64,000 bases of DNA from Nageia nagi (Eukaryota > Plantae > Pinophyta), in NCBI GenBank assembly GCA_050084985.1, contig JBITNC010000001.1, positions 180,358,001 through 180,422,000 on the forward strand, in the 5' to 3' direction. The notes under the pieces are model-generated. The model had not been told where the DNA came from and made no database searches. It saw only the letters and a list, made by a program, of their open reading frames with translations. Shown piece after piece: positions 24,626 through 37,250 of this stretch. Each line of letters opens with the position of its first letter. Positions within the stretch are counted from its first letter, which is position 1. The position numbers were made by a program, and so were the translations under genes.

Positions 24626-27600
24626 TTACCATAGTATATTGAATAGTAGATAATTAAAATTAGAAAATACACATAATCCAAGTTGATATAATAAGATTGA
24701 TAAAAGTCTTTCATATAAAATGGAAAGCCTACCACATTGCCCAAATGATAATACTTCACTAAAACTAAAAATATCTTCCACTTCAAGCTGGTGGTTGTTG
24801 AGATAAGGTTGATAATTTTGCATACTCTTGAATTTCTCTCTCAAATACATTTTCTTTTTCCATATCAATAGCAATTGAACTTATTTTTGAAAAGATCATG
24901 CTCTTCTTTTGTTGGATCAATAGTGCCAAATTGCATAAATGAAGTACTCTTAGCTTTCTTCTTCAACAAAATCTTGTAATCTATGTTGTGTTCTTGGATG
25001 ATAATTTTTAAAGTCAATTTTCTTGTTTAAGTTGAGAAATATATTTTCTTTACTCTACCAATTTAATCAAGTAGGCCTTTGCATTTTTGAAATGTTACTA
25101 CATCACTTTCATTATGTTCTTCAAGTTTTCATATCTTACATGCATTCAAATTAAAACTATGAGTATAACTTCAAAAAATTATGAAAAATACTATGAAAAT
25201 ATAATTTTAATTCTAATTGTTAAAACTTACATCAGCTCTTTTCTTTTTTGCATTCAATGTATTCAACAATTTCTAGTCATATGTCCATTTATCAAAATAA
25301 ATAAGGGCTTCAGCATTGATATTTTCTAGCCTAGCCAAAGCCATGTTTAGAATATCATCATATGTTCTGTTTTAAAAATTAATCCCTTCCTTTGCATCTT
25401 TCATCAAAGAGTCAATGATAACCAAGTTTTTGGAACGAGCTCATACAACTTGTCCCTATGATTGTGATTGTGATACCAAGCATTTATTTCTTGGATTAAT
25501 GTTTTTTCCTATTTCTTCCAAATACTTAATTTTTTTAAATCAAGAATGAGAAATTGATTGATATTTTTTAAGGTAGCCTTTCCTACATAAATTGAATTTT
25601 TATAATCTAAAGCATCACCTCTTAATTCTTTTGTCGACTTTTCCAAGTTGTTAAGGGGATTTCTTATCTAATGATTATCATAGTGGGTTCAAGGTATTTG
25701 GACACATGATGCTCCCATCCAATTGGATATTGCATATCAAATATTAGTTCACTAATATAATTAGGTATGATAAGAACTTTTGTAAACATATGATCCAACC
25801 TTGAATCATACAAATTATCAATCTCTATATTGTGCAAACTATCATCTGGTACATCAAAACCAAAATGTATATGGAGAAAAGTAATATGGATTTCAACTTT
25901 GAAAGTCTCCTAATGAATTGTTCCTTGTGCTTATGAGGGTGTACCAATAATACCTCTCATTATTTTTTATGGTGGTGGTAGTGGTAATAAAGATATACCC
26001 CATCACTATGGAGTTTTCTACATATGGGTTACTGCAACAAAGAATTATAGTTTATTTAAGACCTCCAAATATTTTTTAAAAAATGAGATATAAAATTATC
26101 TAAATCAATAAAAATCTCATACCAATGCTTGAGATGATGATGTAATTAGACTGGCCTGAATATTTGGTCCATGAATGACTGCCAATGTAGTTATATTATG
26201 AACCATTATTTTTGTAACCGAATTTGCATCAAGGAATTTTAATTGTTAACTAAAATGATTTTCATAGATAAATGGTAATTAGTTCAATTAAATACGATTT
26301 TAATTTTTACCTTCCTTATCCTGTACAAGCATTGATTCTGGCTAATGTTTAGAAAGAGGGAAGATACCTCATCAAATTCCTCTTCTTCTACCTCAAAATC
26401 AATGATATGCATTTGTTTACCAATCCTATAATGCTTCTAAATTTAGTTCAAGAACTAGGAGCTTGAGATGCTATGTCAGATTCTCCTTGACCTTCTTATG
26501 AATATTTTCCTCTCATAGCATCATCCCTTCTATACTTCACTGCATAAACATTTTTTTGAAATAAAATGCATTCAATTAAAACTATAAAAATAGATAAAAT
26601 ATTAAACTTTCAAAATTTTGGATTAAAATTGGATGCAATGAACTTGTAGCTAGGTAGGAGATAATCCTATTTTCATAATCATTTGATGGTATGATGTAAG
26701 TTTTGGTGATTTATTCAAATAAAAAAATGCCTCATAGTATAGGAAAAGAATGAAATTAATTGTATGTACTTTGCCCACACCTGTTATTTTTACTCTAATC
26801 AACTCAACCTTAATCTTACCTGAAATATATGATGACCAATCAAATTGAGTCCCATTAAAGGAACACATAAGACAGATATAATCCAAAAAGGCATATCATT
26901 TTTTTCCTTGAAGAATCAATTTGCACATAAAAAATTCAATGCAATCCCTAAGAAATTCATTCTTGATAGAATATATCATAATACCCCTCTTCATATTCTG
27001 AGAAATCACTGTAGATTAAAAAACAAAATTTTGAATAGTTAGAATGAATTAGTTGAATGAAATTTAGCATTAGAATTCAAGATGAGGGGAATGAATTGAA
27101 AGTAGAATCAATAATCATTACCATAAGGTGAGGGGATCTATTTGTTGTGGTCTCCCTGTGATCTTAATCATTAGCATTTCAATCTTCCATTTTACAGCAA
27201 TCTCCACTTTATTCCAATGATGAGGGGCAAATGAATGACTGGGTAGGGAGAAGACCTTAGTCAACTATCACTAAAACAAATTAGTATTCCAAAAAAAAAT
27301 CATACTTTGTAAGAAATATGTATTCATATTAAAATTCTCCTCAAGATAGCATTTATTATCATTGGTAATGAGTATATCGAAATGCATAAGCTCATTTCCT
27401 TAAAATGGAAATTCAGTTAAGCAAGCTATGTATTAAAGGTTAAAGGAGAAAGTAAAATTATTCTTCTATGCCATAGTCAGTGAATTAGTTTTAACATCAT
27501 AGTTTTTAACAATATTATCCAATGGTACATTCTCTATACAAATTTTAGGCACATAGATCAGCCTATGTAAAGATGACTTATACACCCATTTCTTACTTGA

Positions 27601-27760
27601 ATCATCTATTTGTTCTAGTAGAAGAATCAAATTGTTGGTTGGGTGAGACTTGAATTAAATACCCTTTTTCTTACCTCTATATCCATTGTATCTACTTTCC
27701 ATTGCCTAATTATTAGATCCTATATTCCCTTTTAATTTCTAAACCCTCTATCTACAGTTC
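24626..27760 (-). pseudogene. Decayed, probably intron-containing transposon-associated gene of unknown function
   Basis: Protein-like minus-strand segments: DLIIRQWKVDTMDIEVRKRVFNSSLTQPTNLILLLEQIDDSSKKWVYKSSLHRLIYVPKICIENVPLDNIVKNYDVKTNSLTM (~27470-27720), MDYICLMCSFNGTQFDWSSYISGKIKVELIRVK (26650-26886), and a K/E-rich coiled-coil-like C-terminal part. Donor-like sites at ~25228 and ~26309. Confidence 0.55.
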
Positions 27761-27899
27761 ATTTACTCTCTCTAGAATGCTTTCCATTAAAATGAGTTGA
27801 ATTCAACAATAGAAAGTGTATATATAGAGGTGGAACTAATTACACTTTGAATTCATATATGTATCATCATTGTATTTACACAATGGAGGTAGCATTTAA

Positions 27900-28140
27900 T
27901 GCTTGATTTCTATCAATCTAGATGCATCCAAAATGTAACCAATCTAGATGCATTCAGAATGCAACCGATCCAGGTGCAGCCAAAATGTAGTTGATACGAA
28001 TGCATTTAGAATGCAAATAATCTAGATACAATCATAATGTAGCTAGCTTGGATGCATTCTGAATCCATTTGGACTAGATGCATTCAAAATACATTCTAAT
28101 CAACTACATTTAGAATGCATTTGAACTAATTACATTTTGA
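27900..28140. repeat. Right subterminal tandem array (tctagatgcatt/ccaaaatg)
   Basis: Repeated gatgcat(t/c)c..aatg(c/t)a motifs related to the two other arrays. Confidence 0.75.
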
Positions 28141-29293
28141 ATTTACTTTATATATGTTACTATTTACACATGTGATATATCTCTTCCGCATGTGATATGT
28201 TTGTTTCACATGTGATAAGTCTCTTCCATGTATGAAATATCTTATCATTTATCAGATTCTAGCATTTTTGTTAGTTTGAATGAAGTCCTACATGAAACCC
28301 TTCTATAAAAACATCGATGCATCATTAATTTTAATGCAATATCTCATTCATTTTTAGGTAGTGCTTAGTGAAGAATGATCCTTAGGAAAAGTAATTGCAT
28401 CTTTTCAACCTATTCGAGAATAGAGTTTCAAATAATAATAAAGATTATTTTGCAACACTATCCAAAATAGGAAGAAATTATTCATAGATAAAATGTATGA
28501 AGGTTTCGTACAATTTCAATCAGATATGCTTAATAACAAGCTAGTTATATTTTTATAGTTTTATTTTAAGTCAATTTTTTTTCATCATTTTAAATATTAT
28601 GTATATGATTCTTTTTACTTAATTAATTTGTAATATGATATGGTCAACTTTTATTTGAAACTCTATTCTTGAACATTTCCTAGTGCTAGTTTTTTCTTGA
28701 CTTTTGCATAGGTATGAAGGATGTCTTCACCAATACCCCATGATTACAACAACCTAGAGGATATATCTTCCTAGGTGGAAACAACTACAATGGAAATTCA
28801 TTGTAGTTGTAGGAAATTCTAATTTCATTCAAGTTGGAGGTTGAAGATCATATTCTCTAAGTGAAGGAGATGTTATCATTTTTAATTATATTTGTAATAT
28901 TGGAGCCTTCTAAGCTTAATATTTGATTAAGACGTTAGATATCCACTTTTTCATTGCACCTAAATCTTAAGAAGTTTGAGCGCTATCAAGAGACATCGTC
29001 TATAGTAAAAATACTACTTTGTACTCAAATTTATTTCTTTAATGTATATATAAAATTTTATAAACTAAGTGGTTCATGCTTTCAAAAATTTACTATGATT
29101 TCTAAAACTAAATTTTTTTGTCAACTTTTTACATCTATTTTCAAAAACTATTCAAAAGTTACCTAACAATTTTCATTATTTTTAAAAATTTGCTTTTAAT
29201 TCGAATCAAATTTTGTCGACATTCGTAAAGAATTTATAGGTCCATTTTACTTGAGGGATCTTAAAATTTTCCCTTCTTATAAAGGAGAGCATC

Positions 29294-29518
29294 TGTTGAC
29301 ACCTAAAATTGATCCCCTTAATATGGTCCCACTTAGGTGTAACTTTACATACATATTTAATCATATTTTACCTTATTATCACATATTTCTTAAGTTGTAT
29401 TCTTATTTTTATGTTAGGTACACCAAGATGGCTTCAACCAATATTCAATGGGTCCAATGGTGATATCACACCTGATATAAATATAAGTATCTCTAACTTA
29501 AGGAAGGCATCCCAAGAT
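29294..29518 (+). repeat. 3' LTR of A, left part
   Basis: Collinear with 6771-~6995. Breaks at aagat, where element C inserted. Confidence 0.9.
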
Positions 29519-30037
29519 TATTAGAATTTATAATAAATTATTGTAAGATCTTTTAATGTAATTCATTTAATACTTAATGGTATCCTTAGATACCTTACGT
29601 ATTTAGTGAATATGATAATGTAACTTATCCTAGACTCTATCTCATGAGCATACCCCTTTAGTAAAAGGGTGATGCATATCATGAATTTATGCAATGGTTA
29701 ATAGAGTGATCCAAATGAAGATTTTAGCTTATAAATAGAGGTCCCTCTCCTTGATATTACACACTTGGAGAAGCATAAAAATGCTAGTCTTGTAAATTTG
29801 TAGGAATGCTCTTGTAGAATTTTTGTAAAAGAATTCTTATAGAAGAATTGTTGAGAATTTGTAAGAGAATTCACTTGTTAGAAATAATAGAAAAGATGGT
29901 TCAAATGAATGTACTTCCATGATGGAGGAACCAATATATATGATGTGTCTCATTATGCATGAAATTGTGTTTCTTGTGTTGAAGATTTATGGAATCCTTT
30001 AAGGTGATCTTGATTATGGAATCCTTCAATTTCATCA
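29519..30037 (+). repeat. 5' LTR of C
   Basis: T(A)TTAGAATTTATAAT...ttcatCA, matches 51415-51932. Confidence 0.92.
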
Positions 30038-30058
30038 TTTGGTATCAGAGCCACCCTT

Positions 30059-30160
30059 ATAGATCTTCTATTTAATCTTGTGAAGTAAAATCATAGACCT
30101 TCTATTCAATCTTGTGAAGTAAAATCATAGATCCTCCATTCAATCTTGTGAGGTAAAATC
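30059..30160 (+). repeat. 34-bp tandem repeat x3 just downstream of the PBS
   Basis: atagatcttctattcaatcttgtgaagtaaaatc repeated three times. Confidence 0.9.
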
Positions 30161-30559
30161 ATATTGAGGTATAATTTTCTCTTATCAATTTTTTAATCTC
30201 TCCTTTTCTTCCACATATATATTTTTTTTAATTAAAGTTAACATTTAAATTTTTTGTAAAATAGCTCTATGATGTAATAATATAAGAAGGATCTTATTTC
30301 TTACCATTTTTTTGGGTAATGAAATCTTTTTTTTCAAAGAAATTAACCTCATTTCATCAAATATTTAATATGGGGAAGAGTTTTTTTTTAAGAAAGCTAA
30401 TAAATCTATATCAACAAAATGGACATCATTTTTTTACAACATATGATGACTATATATATATATTTTTAACTATACATTTACAACAAATAAGAAGCTTTAT
30501 ATACTTGGCATAACATTATTAAACTTTATTTCAATAAATACTTTTTTTTGTAAGTTTTA

Positions 30560-31073
30560 AAAAGGAATACAATTTAATAATAATAAGGGGCTCCAACCTT
30601 GCCACTCTCCCATGGTGCAAACCTTAGCCTCCGATGATCCAAAAAATATAAAGGAAGATGAGCAGCTCCACTTGCGTAACCACATGAATGATAACCCTAC
30701 TGACTTTATCCTATGCATTATGGGCATCAAATTCACTAATGATATACTTATTTTTGGTGGGATTTGAAGTGATGTGTATGACATTTGCTAATGGGATGCA
30801 AACCTTCTTCCTTTTCCTCTCTCATGTAACCCTTTGGGCTCTTCATTTAATCGCCTCTCCCTCTTTGTTTGCACTCTTTTCATTTAAAGCTGATACCTCT
30901 AATAAATATTGAAAATCCTTGCAAAATAGTATTCTCCTAGATCCCTTGACTCGATCATCTTCATGCTTGAAGAGGGGTGTAACATCAAGGTGAAAGAAAA
31001 TATCATCATCATGATCTTCAACCTCTTCATTGTCATTGAGTACAAGTAACTCATCAATGAGCACCTAGATGCC
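30560..31073 (-). pseudogene. 3' half of decayed antisense cargo ORF in C (continues from 47812-48017)
   Basis: VLIDELLVLNDNEEVEDHDDDIFFHLDVTPLFKHEDDRVKGSRRILFCKDFQYLLEVSALNEKSANKEGEAIK*RAQRVT*ERKRKK. The frame is continuous across the D insertion site. Confidence 0.45.
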
Positions 31074-32399
31074 TATTAGAGTTAATTAAGCTTGCTAGGT
31101 TAGGGTATCTAACTTTAGTGTTACTAATTTAGTTGACAACACATGGGTTATCATTCTTATCCTAGTTTGTTATGTTTGGATGGTTGAGATCATTTTGTGT
31201 ATCAACCCATCCTATAGTTGTAATTATTCATCCTTGGCTATTTAACCAAGGCTTCTCATAGTAATAATATCAAGTCTTCTATTTCTTTTCATGGTATCAG
31301 AGCTGTTAAAATTTGTAATGTAATATTGTGTAATTTTTCTCCTTAATGTAAATTCAATTAATACTTAAAGTATCATTGGATACCTTAAAGTATTAAGGGA
31401 ATAAAAATAAGAGAATGATAAAAAATAGGTATAAGTTTAAAAATAGGTAAAAGATTAAAAATAGAAAAAGGATTAATTATAGAGTGGATTTCTTCCCTTC
31501 TCTAGTTACACAATTGTAATGCAAGCTTTTCTATAGGTTTAGAGTGTCAAAGAGAAGAGATTTTGTAAAAGAGGTCCTCGAAAATAAAAAGATCTTAGTT
31601 AGTGAATGTACTTCCTAAACCACTTTATATCTTGTGTTATTTATGTGATTGGTTTTAGTTATTGTGCTATGGTGTTGATGTTGAAAGTACCTTCTTGAGA
31701 TCTTGAGAGATTAGAAGTTAATTCAAAAAAAATTAAATTATTCAAGTGGTATCAGAGTTTTTCTTAGAGGATCCTCTTTAACATCCATGAAGGTCCGTTC
31801 CTCCTCTTTCTCCATCTACTTTGTTGAGGTAAAAGAGTTTGAAGGTATAATCTCTTACCTCTTGTTTATCAAATTTTGCTTTTATTACTAACCTTTTTTG
31901 GTTCCATAAGAATGAGGTTAAGGATAACATAATTTGATTAAAGTAGATAATTTATCACTATACTAACATGTTAGTTTAATCTAATGTTATTGCTATGCAT
32001 TATTTTAGTTTGTTGAGTTGCAATTTTTTAAGTAAAATTACCTAATGTGTAGCAAAAATAGGTAAGTTTTAAGTTTTTTATAGCTTAAATTTGTAAATTT
32101 CTACTTAATGTAAAATTGAGTAAAATCTTTGCAATATTTTTTTACTATATTGTTATTATTGCAAAATTTTACTATGCTAGTATGCTTGTAAACTTTTTAC
32201 AGTTTTTTATAAAACTATATTTTTTATAGTTTTATAAAATTGTATTTTTTACAATTTTATAAAATTGTATCTTTATTTATATATAAAACTTTTTTTTATA
32301 TATTATTAAAAAAATAGATTTTTTATTTTTATTTTTATTTTTTTATATTAAAAAAATCAATTTTTTTATTTTATATATATACATATATATATTTTTTTG

Positions 32400-32590
32400 T
32401 TTTTATATAAAATAAAAAAATGTTATTTAAAAAAAAAAAAATCGTAGGCTGAGGGGCGCATGATCCACACAAGGGGGTGTGCGACTGCCAAAGGGGATGC
32501 GCAGTCCCCAAGGGCACATAGCTCCCAAGGGGGCCGCCTCCCCTTTTTAATTTTTTTAAATAAAATATATATATTAAATAAAATATATAT
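32400..32590. other. GC-rich island with inverted flanks (potential hairpin) in leader of E
   Basis: A ~100-bp GC core (gaggggcg...cgcctcccc; ~20-bp sub-repeats aaggggN..cca) is flanked by ttatttaaaaaaaaaaaaa and tttttaatttttttaaataa. Confidence 0.6.
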
Positions 32591-34164
32591 ATATTAAACA
32601 AATATATATATATATATTAAATAAAAAAATTTCTTTTTTAGAAAAAAAAAAGGAAAAGGATTTTTTTTTCAAGTAATTTTTTAAGTTATCTTTTTTTGTT
32701 TTTTTTAAAAAGGGGGGAGTTTCTTTTTTTGTTTTTTAAAAGACGGGAATCTTGCTGGATTTAAACAATTTTTTTTTTTTCTTTTTCAAGAACGGTGTAT
32801 TTTTTTAGTTTAAGCTAATTTTGTTATTATAAGCATTTTTAGCCTAGTATTTCTTTATTTACTATTTTTATCTTAAGTGCAAGTTACTTTTAAGGAATTT
32901 ATTTTTAGCATGCCTTTAAGATGAAAAGTGGAGAATTTAATTAATCATCCATAGATTGATGTTATTGCATAGGTTAATGTTAATATTATGCATAGATTAA
33001 GGTTAATTAATGTATGCATGAATTAATGTTATTTTATATTAATGCATGCTTGATATGTGGTTGGATAAAATGTTTAAATGCATGCTTTATTTTTTTTAAA
33101 AGCATGATTTAATATTTTTTTCTAATGCATGTGAATGGATAAAGTTTTTTTAAATATTTTTTCTTTATTTTTGATGTTAAATTGCAAATAAATAATTATT
33201 TTAAATCCATTTTTTAAGTAACGAGGAGGAGAATTTCTTATTTTTTTATAATGAACCCTTGTAAAGAGATCCATTAGGGGTTTTAACAAAATCCATTGGA
33301 CTCTTAGGCTCATTTATTGTTACTTAAAATTAATGAACCTTATGTAAAGAAATCCATTAGGGGTTGTAACAAAACCCGTTGGACTCTTTGGTTCATACTT
33401 ATGGATGATATGGGATGTAGTTTTATTTTTCAAAAGGAATTTATTTTTTTTGCACTTTTACTTTATATGCAAAGTACACAAACATTAAAAATTGCTTCCC
33501 CTAAAATGAACACATCCTCATATTTTTTCTACAACATGACTTGTTTGAGAAGCCATGAGGTGAAGATAAGGTGGATTGGAGCCTCTTAATCCAATGATCC
33601 AAGTGGTGAAAAGTTTGTACTTCTTAATTACCCTTAAATCCTATGTTGGTTTGAATTTAACTCCATATAGGTGGATAGACATGTATGTAGTGATACCACA
33701 TGTTCGTCTATCCATTCAAAGATTATCCTGATAACCTAAGAGGAAAATTAAAAACTTAATCAAGATAATTAATTTGGTCTACCCAACATATATCATAACC
33801 TTAAAAAATAGCTAGTAATTCTTCTTATGAAAGTATATTATTGTCCAAGGTGAACTAGTTGAGGATTGGTAGGACCTGGGCTCCTTGAGGGCATCTGAAT
33901 GAAGGTCTAATTTATAATAAAATAATCTCAACTTACTCTCCTCCGAGTGATATTTAGTGATAATAAAATATCAGATATATCGATATCTATTTATACACAT
34001 GTTGATGTAAAAATTAAGTTTGCAATAATGATGCATATGTTTTAATGATCATTTTTTATAGATTTTGATAAAAAAATGCACATTAGTCTATATAATTGTG
34101 AATTTTTTCTTGTATCCTTGGTTGGATGAAAACTCTTGCTAAATAATGATAGTGCAATTGTTGA

Positions 34165-34380
34165 TATCCATAGTTGCAAATTTATTTTTGATGGAGTAGT
34201 TAAAATATTCGCCCTTCTCTATAGTTGCAAATATTTTGATGGAGTACTTAAAAGGTTCTCCCTTCTCCATAGTTGAAATTTTTTGGAGTAGTTAAAAGGT
34301 TTTCCTGTATCCATAATTGCATTTTTTGTTAGAGTAGTTAAAAGGTTCATCCTTCTCCTTAATTGAAAAGGTTCACCTTA
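34165..34380 (+). repeat. ~45-bp tandem repeat x4-5 upstream of integrase
   Basis: ccatagttgcaaa..tttgatggagtagttaaaaggttctcccttct units. Related units occur at ~50310-50390 in C. Confidence 0.8.
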
Positions 34381-34819
34381 TGCCACTTTACTTCCATTAG
34401 TAGGAAGTTTATCAATTATGGATAAATGTCAATTTACTACATTATTGGGGATTGTATTTATGCATTTGATAAAAGTTGAATTATTAATGGATTAATGCTA
34501 CCTTCATCCATCATTTGCATCTTGACTAGTAGCATGGTCAAGTTGGTATTATTTACGTTTTATACATCTCTATAGAGAAGTTGATTTATGGATTCTATAG
34601 TTAAGAGATCATGCTCAAGTAAATCTTATCTTGTGGCATATTAAATAAGGCATTTGTTTGAAGTCTTTTGTATAGCTTCTAATCTTATGATCAAAATACT
34701 TTAGTCATTAATTTATATATTTGAAACTTCCCTTATGAATGGTGCATTAATGGTTAGACACAACATAATAACTATGAGTTTGGAAGTTGGTAAAGGTAAT
34801 TTGTTTGACCTTTCTAAAA

Positions 34820-37250
34820 TATGCTTATCCATATATTAGATAAACCATTTCTTATGATAGCCTATATATTTGAGAAAGATAAGGTAACAAATGCAACTAA
34901 CCTTTTTAGCTTTTGCATTCATATTTGATGGGTCTATTTTTGACTAAGTCGCTTAGGAAAGCATCTTATGTCTTTACCTTTATTGACGACTTTAGTAAAA
35001 TGACATTTGATTATCTTATAAAGCATAAGGATCAAAGCTTTGATAGGTTCAAAGATTTCAAAGCCTTGGTAGAAAATCAATCTATATTCAAAATCAAGAT
35101 GTGAAGATATGATAATAGGGATGAGTATAATAGCAATGAATTCAATGATTTTTATACCAAGTATAGAATCAAGAGGTAATTTACTATCCCTTACACTCCT
35201 CTATAGAATGGTATTACCAAAAGGAAGAATAGAACCTTTTAGAAAATGGTAAGATGTATGCTGCGAGATCTTCCTAGCTTCTTATGGGGTGAAGCTATAA
35301 ATACTGCAATCTACATCTTAAATAGGTATCCTAAGAAAGTAGTTGAAGGTAAAACTCTGTATGATGCATGGACAAGAAAGAAACCTAACATCTCTCACCT
35401 TAGGGTATTTAGTTGTAATGCTTATGCCTTTATTATTCTTGAGAAAAGGAAGAAGCTTAATAAGAGATCTGAAAAGTGTATCTTTATGAGCTATGACAAT
35501 CAACATAGAGGCTACATGCTATACCAACCTTCTTCCTATGCAATATTTATTTCAAAAGATGTAAAGTTTAATAAACTACCTGAAGAGTCTGCTTCTTATG
35601 AGAACCTAAATGAGAGTGATGATTCTTCTATTGCTCCTAATTGGTTGGATGTTAGCGTGAATTTATCACCTAAAGAACAAAACTCTCCAATACAAAGGAT
35701 AACAAAGAGTATGACCATTAATAAATCTTTATTTATCAAAATTGATTGCAAGAATGAGCCCTCATCTTACAAAGAAGCTTCAAAGCATGAGTTCTGGATA
35801 AATGCTATGAATGTGGAGTATGAGGCTCTAATGAAGAATCAAACTTAGGATTTGGTTCTTTATCTTAATGAATGAAATATGATTGGTAATAAATAGATTT
35901 ATAAGATCAAATATAATTCAGTTGGAGAAAATGAGAAATATAAAGCAAGGTTAGTAGCTAAGGGGTTCACTCAAAAATATGGAGTTGATTATGAGGAAAC
36001 CTTTGCTCCAATGGTAAACATGTCAACTATCAGAGTAATCCTTGCTCTTTCAGCAGCTCAGAGATGAAAAATTTTACAACTTGATGTTAAGAGTGCTTTT
36101 TTCAATGGTGAATTAGATGTGAAAATCTACATTAATCAACTAGAAAAGTTTGTTGTTAAAGGTAAAGAATATTTTATGTACAAGTTAAAGAATTCTTTGT
36201 ATGGACTTAAGCAAGCACCAAAGGCTTGGTATAAAAAGATTTTAGGATTCTTTAAGAACATTGAGTTTTCTAAATGCTTTTTTGACATATATCTTTATGT
36301 GTTCAACCAAGAACAAGACTTGATCTTGATTCTTCTCTATGTGGATGATCTGTTGATTATAGGAAATAATATGGTCTTAATACAAGATTGCATATCCAAA
36401 CTTAAAGCAATGTTTGAAATGAATGATTTTGATCTATTGCACTACTACCTTGGTATGAAAATGTACCAATACAAAGATTATACTTACCTCAATCAATCCA
36501 AGTATATCTCAGATATCTTGCAAAAGTTTGAAATGGAAGAGTACAAGCATATTGCAATCCCAATCTCTTTTAGAATCACTTTATCTCTTAGTTCCAACTC
36601 TCAATTTGCAGATGCTATAACTTATAAAAAACTAATTGATAGTCTTCTTTATTTGACTATCTCTAGGTTAGATATTGCCTTTATCCTAAATTTGATGGTT
36701 CTCTTTATGCAAAAGCCATATGTTGAACACTTCATTTTTGTTAAGCAAATTTTGAAGTTTGTTGTAGGCACTAAGGATCTTTCTCTCAAGTATGACAAGT
36801 TTTCTTCATTTTTTCTCTCAATATTCTCAAATTTTGACTATAGGAGAGATAGAGATGATAAGAAATCAACCTCTACTTATGTGTTTAACATCAGTTCAGG
36901 TGTTATCTCTTGGACTTCCAAGAACCATCCTAGTACTACTCTCTACACCATTGAGGTTGAATATTATGCAATATTAGTTGCATCCCAAGAAGCCATTTGG
37001 TTGAGGCATATTCTAAAAGAAATTAGGTATAAGCAAGTTTTTTTATCTCAATTTTTTTCAGATAATCAATCAACTATTGCTTTGTCAAAGAATCTTATTT
37101 TACATTAGAGAACAAAGCATGTAAAAATCTAAGCCCACTTAATGAGAGAGAAGATTTTGGATGGTATTGTACACTTATAGTATTATCCATCAATCTTAAA
37201 TTTTGCTTATTTATTCACTAAGACCCTTCTTGAAGCTCATTTAGGTTGGT
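34820..37250 (+). pseudogene. pol: Copia pol: integrase - RT - RNase H (degenerate)
   Basis: INT: YVFTFIDDFSK...FKDFKALVENQS, LPSFLWGEAINTAIYILNR, HLRVFSC.AY...SEKCIF. RT: KYKARLVAKGFTQKYGVDYEETFAP, LYGLKQAPKAWY, LYVDDLLI. RH: DDKKSTSTY...ISW.SK...EVEY, DNQSTIALSKN. Confidence 0.95.

Larger units (their letters stand above)
20315..28844. mobile_element. Putative large hAT-type DNA transposon with two convergent genes
   Basis: Transposase on +, second decayed gene on -, and three related GATGCA/TGCATC repeat arrays (left, middle, right). Inverted similarity between 20315-20380 and 28772-28844 is weak. No clean TSD, so the boundaries are tentative. Confidence 0.5.

Noticed and set aside
30040-31757. 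TGGTATCAGAGC sites as an endogenous caulimovirus origin
   Set aside because: Each site directly follows an LTR end, and no movement or coat protein motifs are present.
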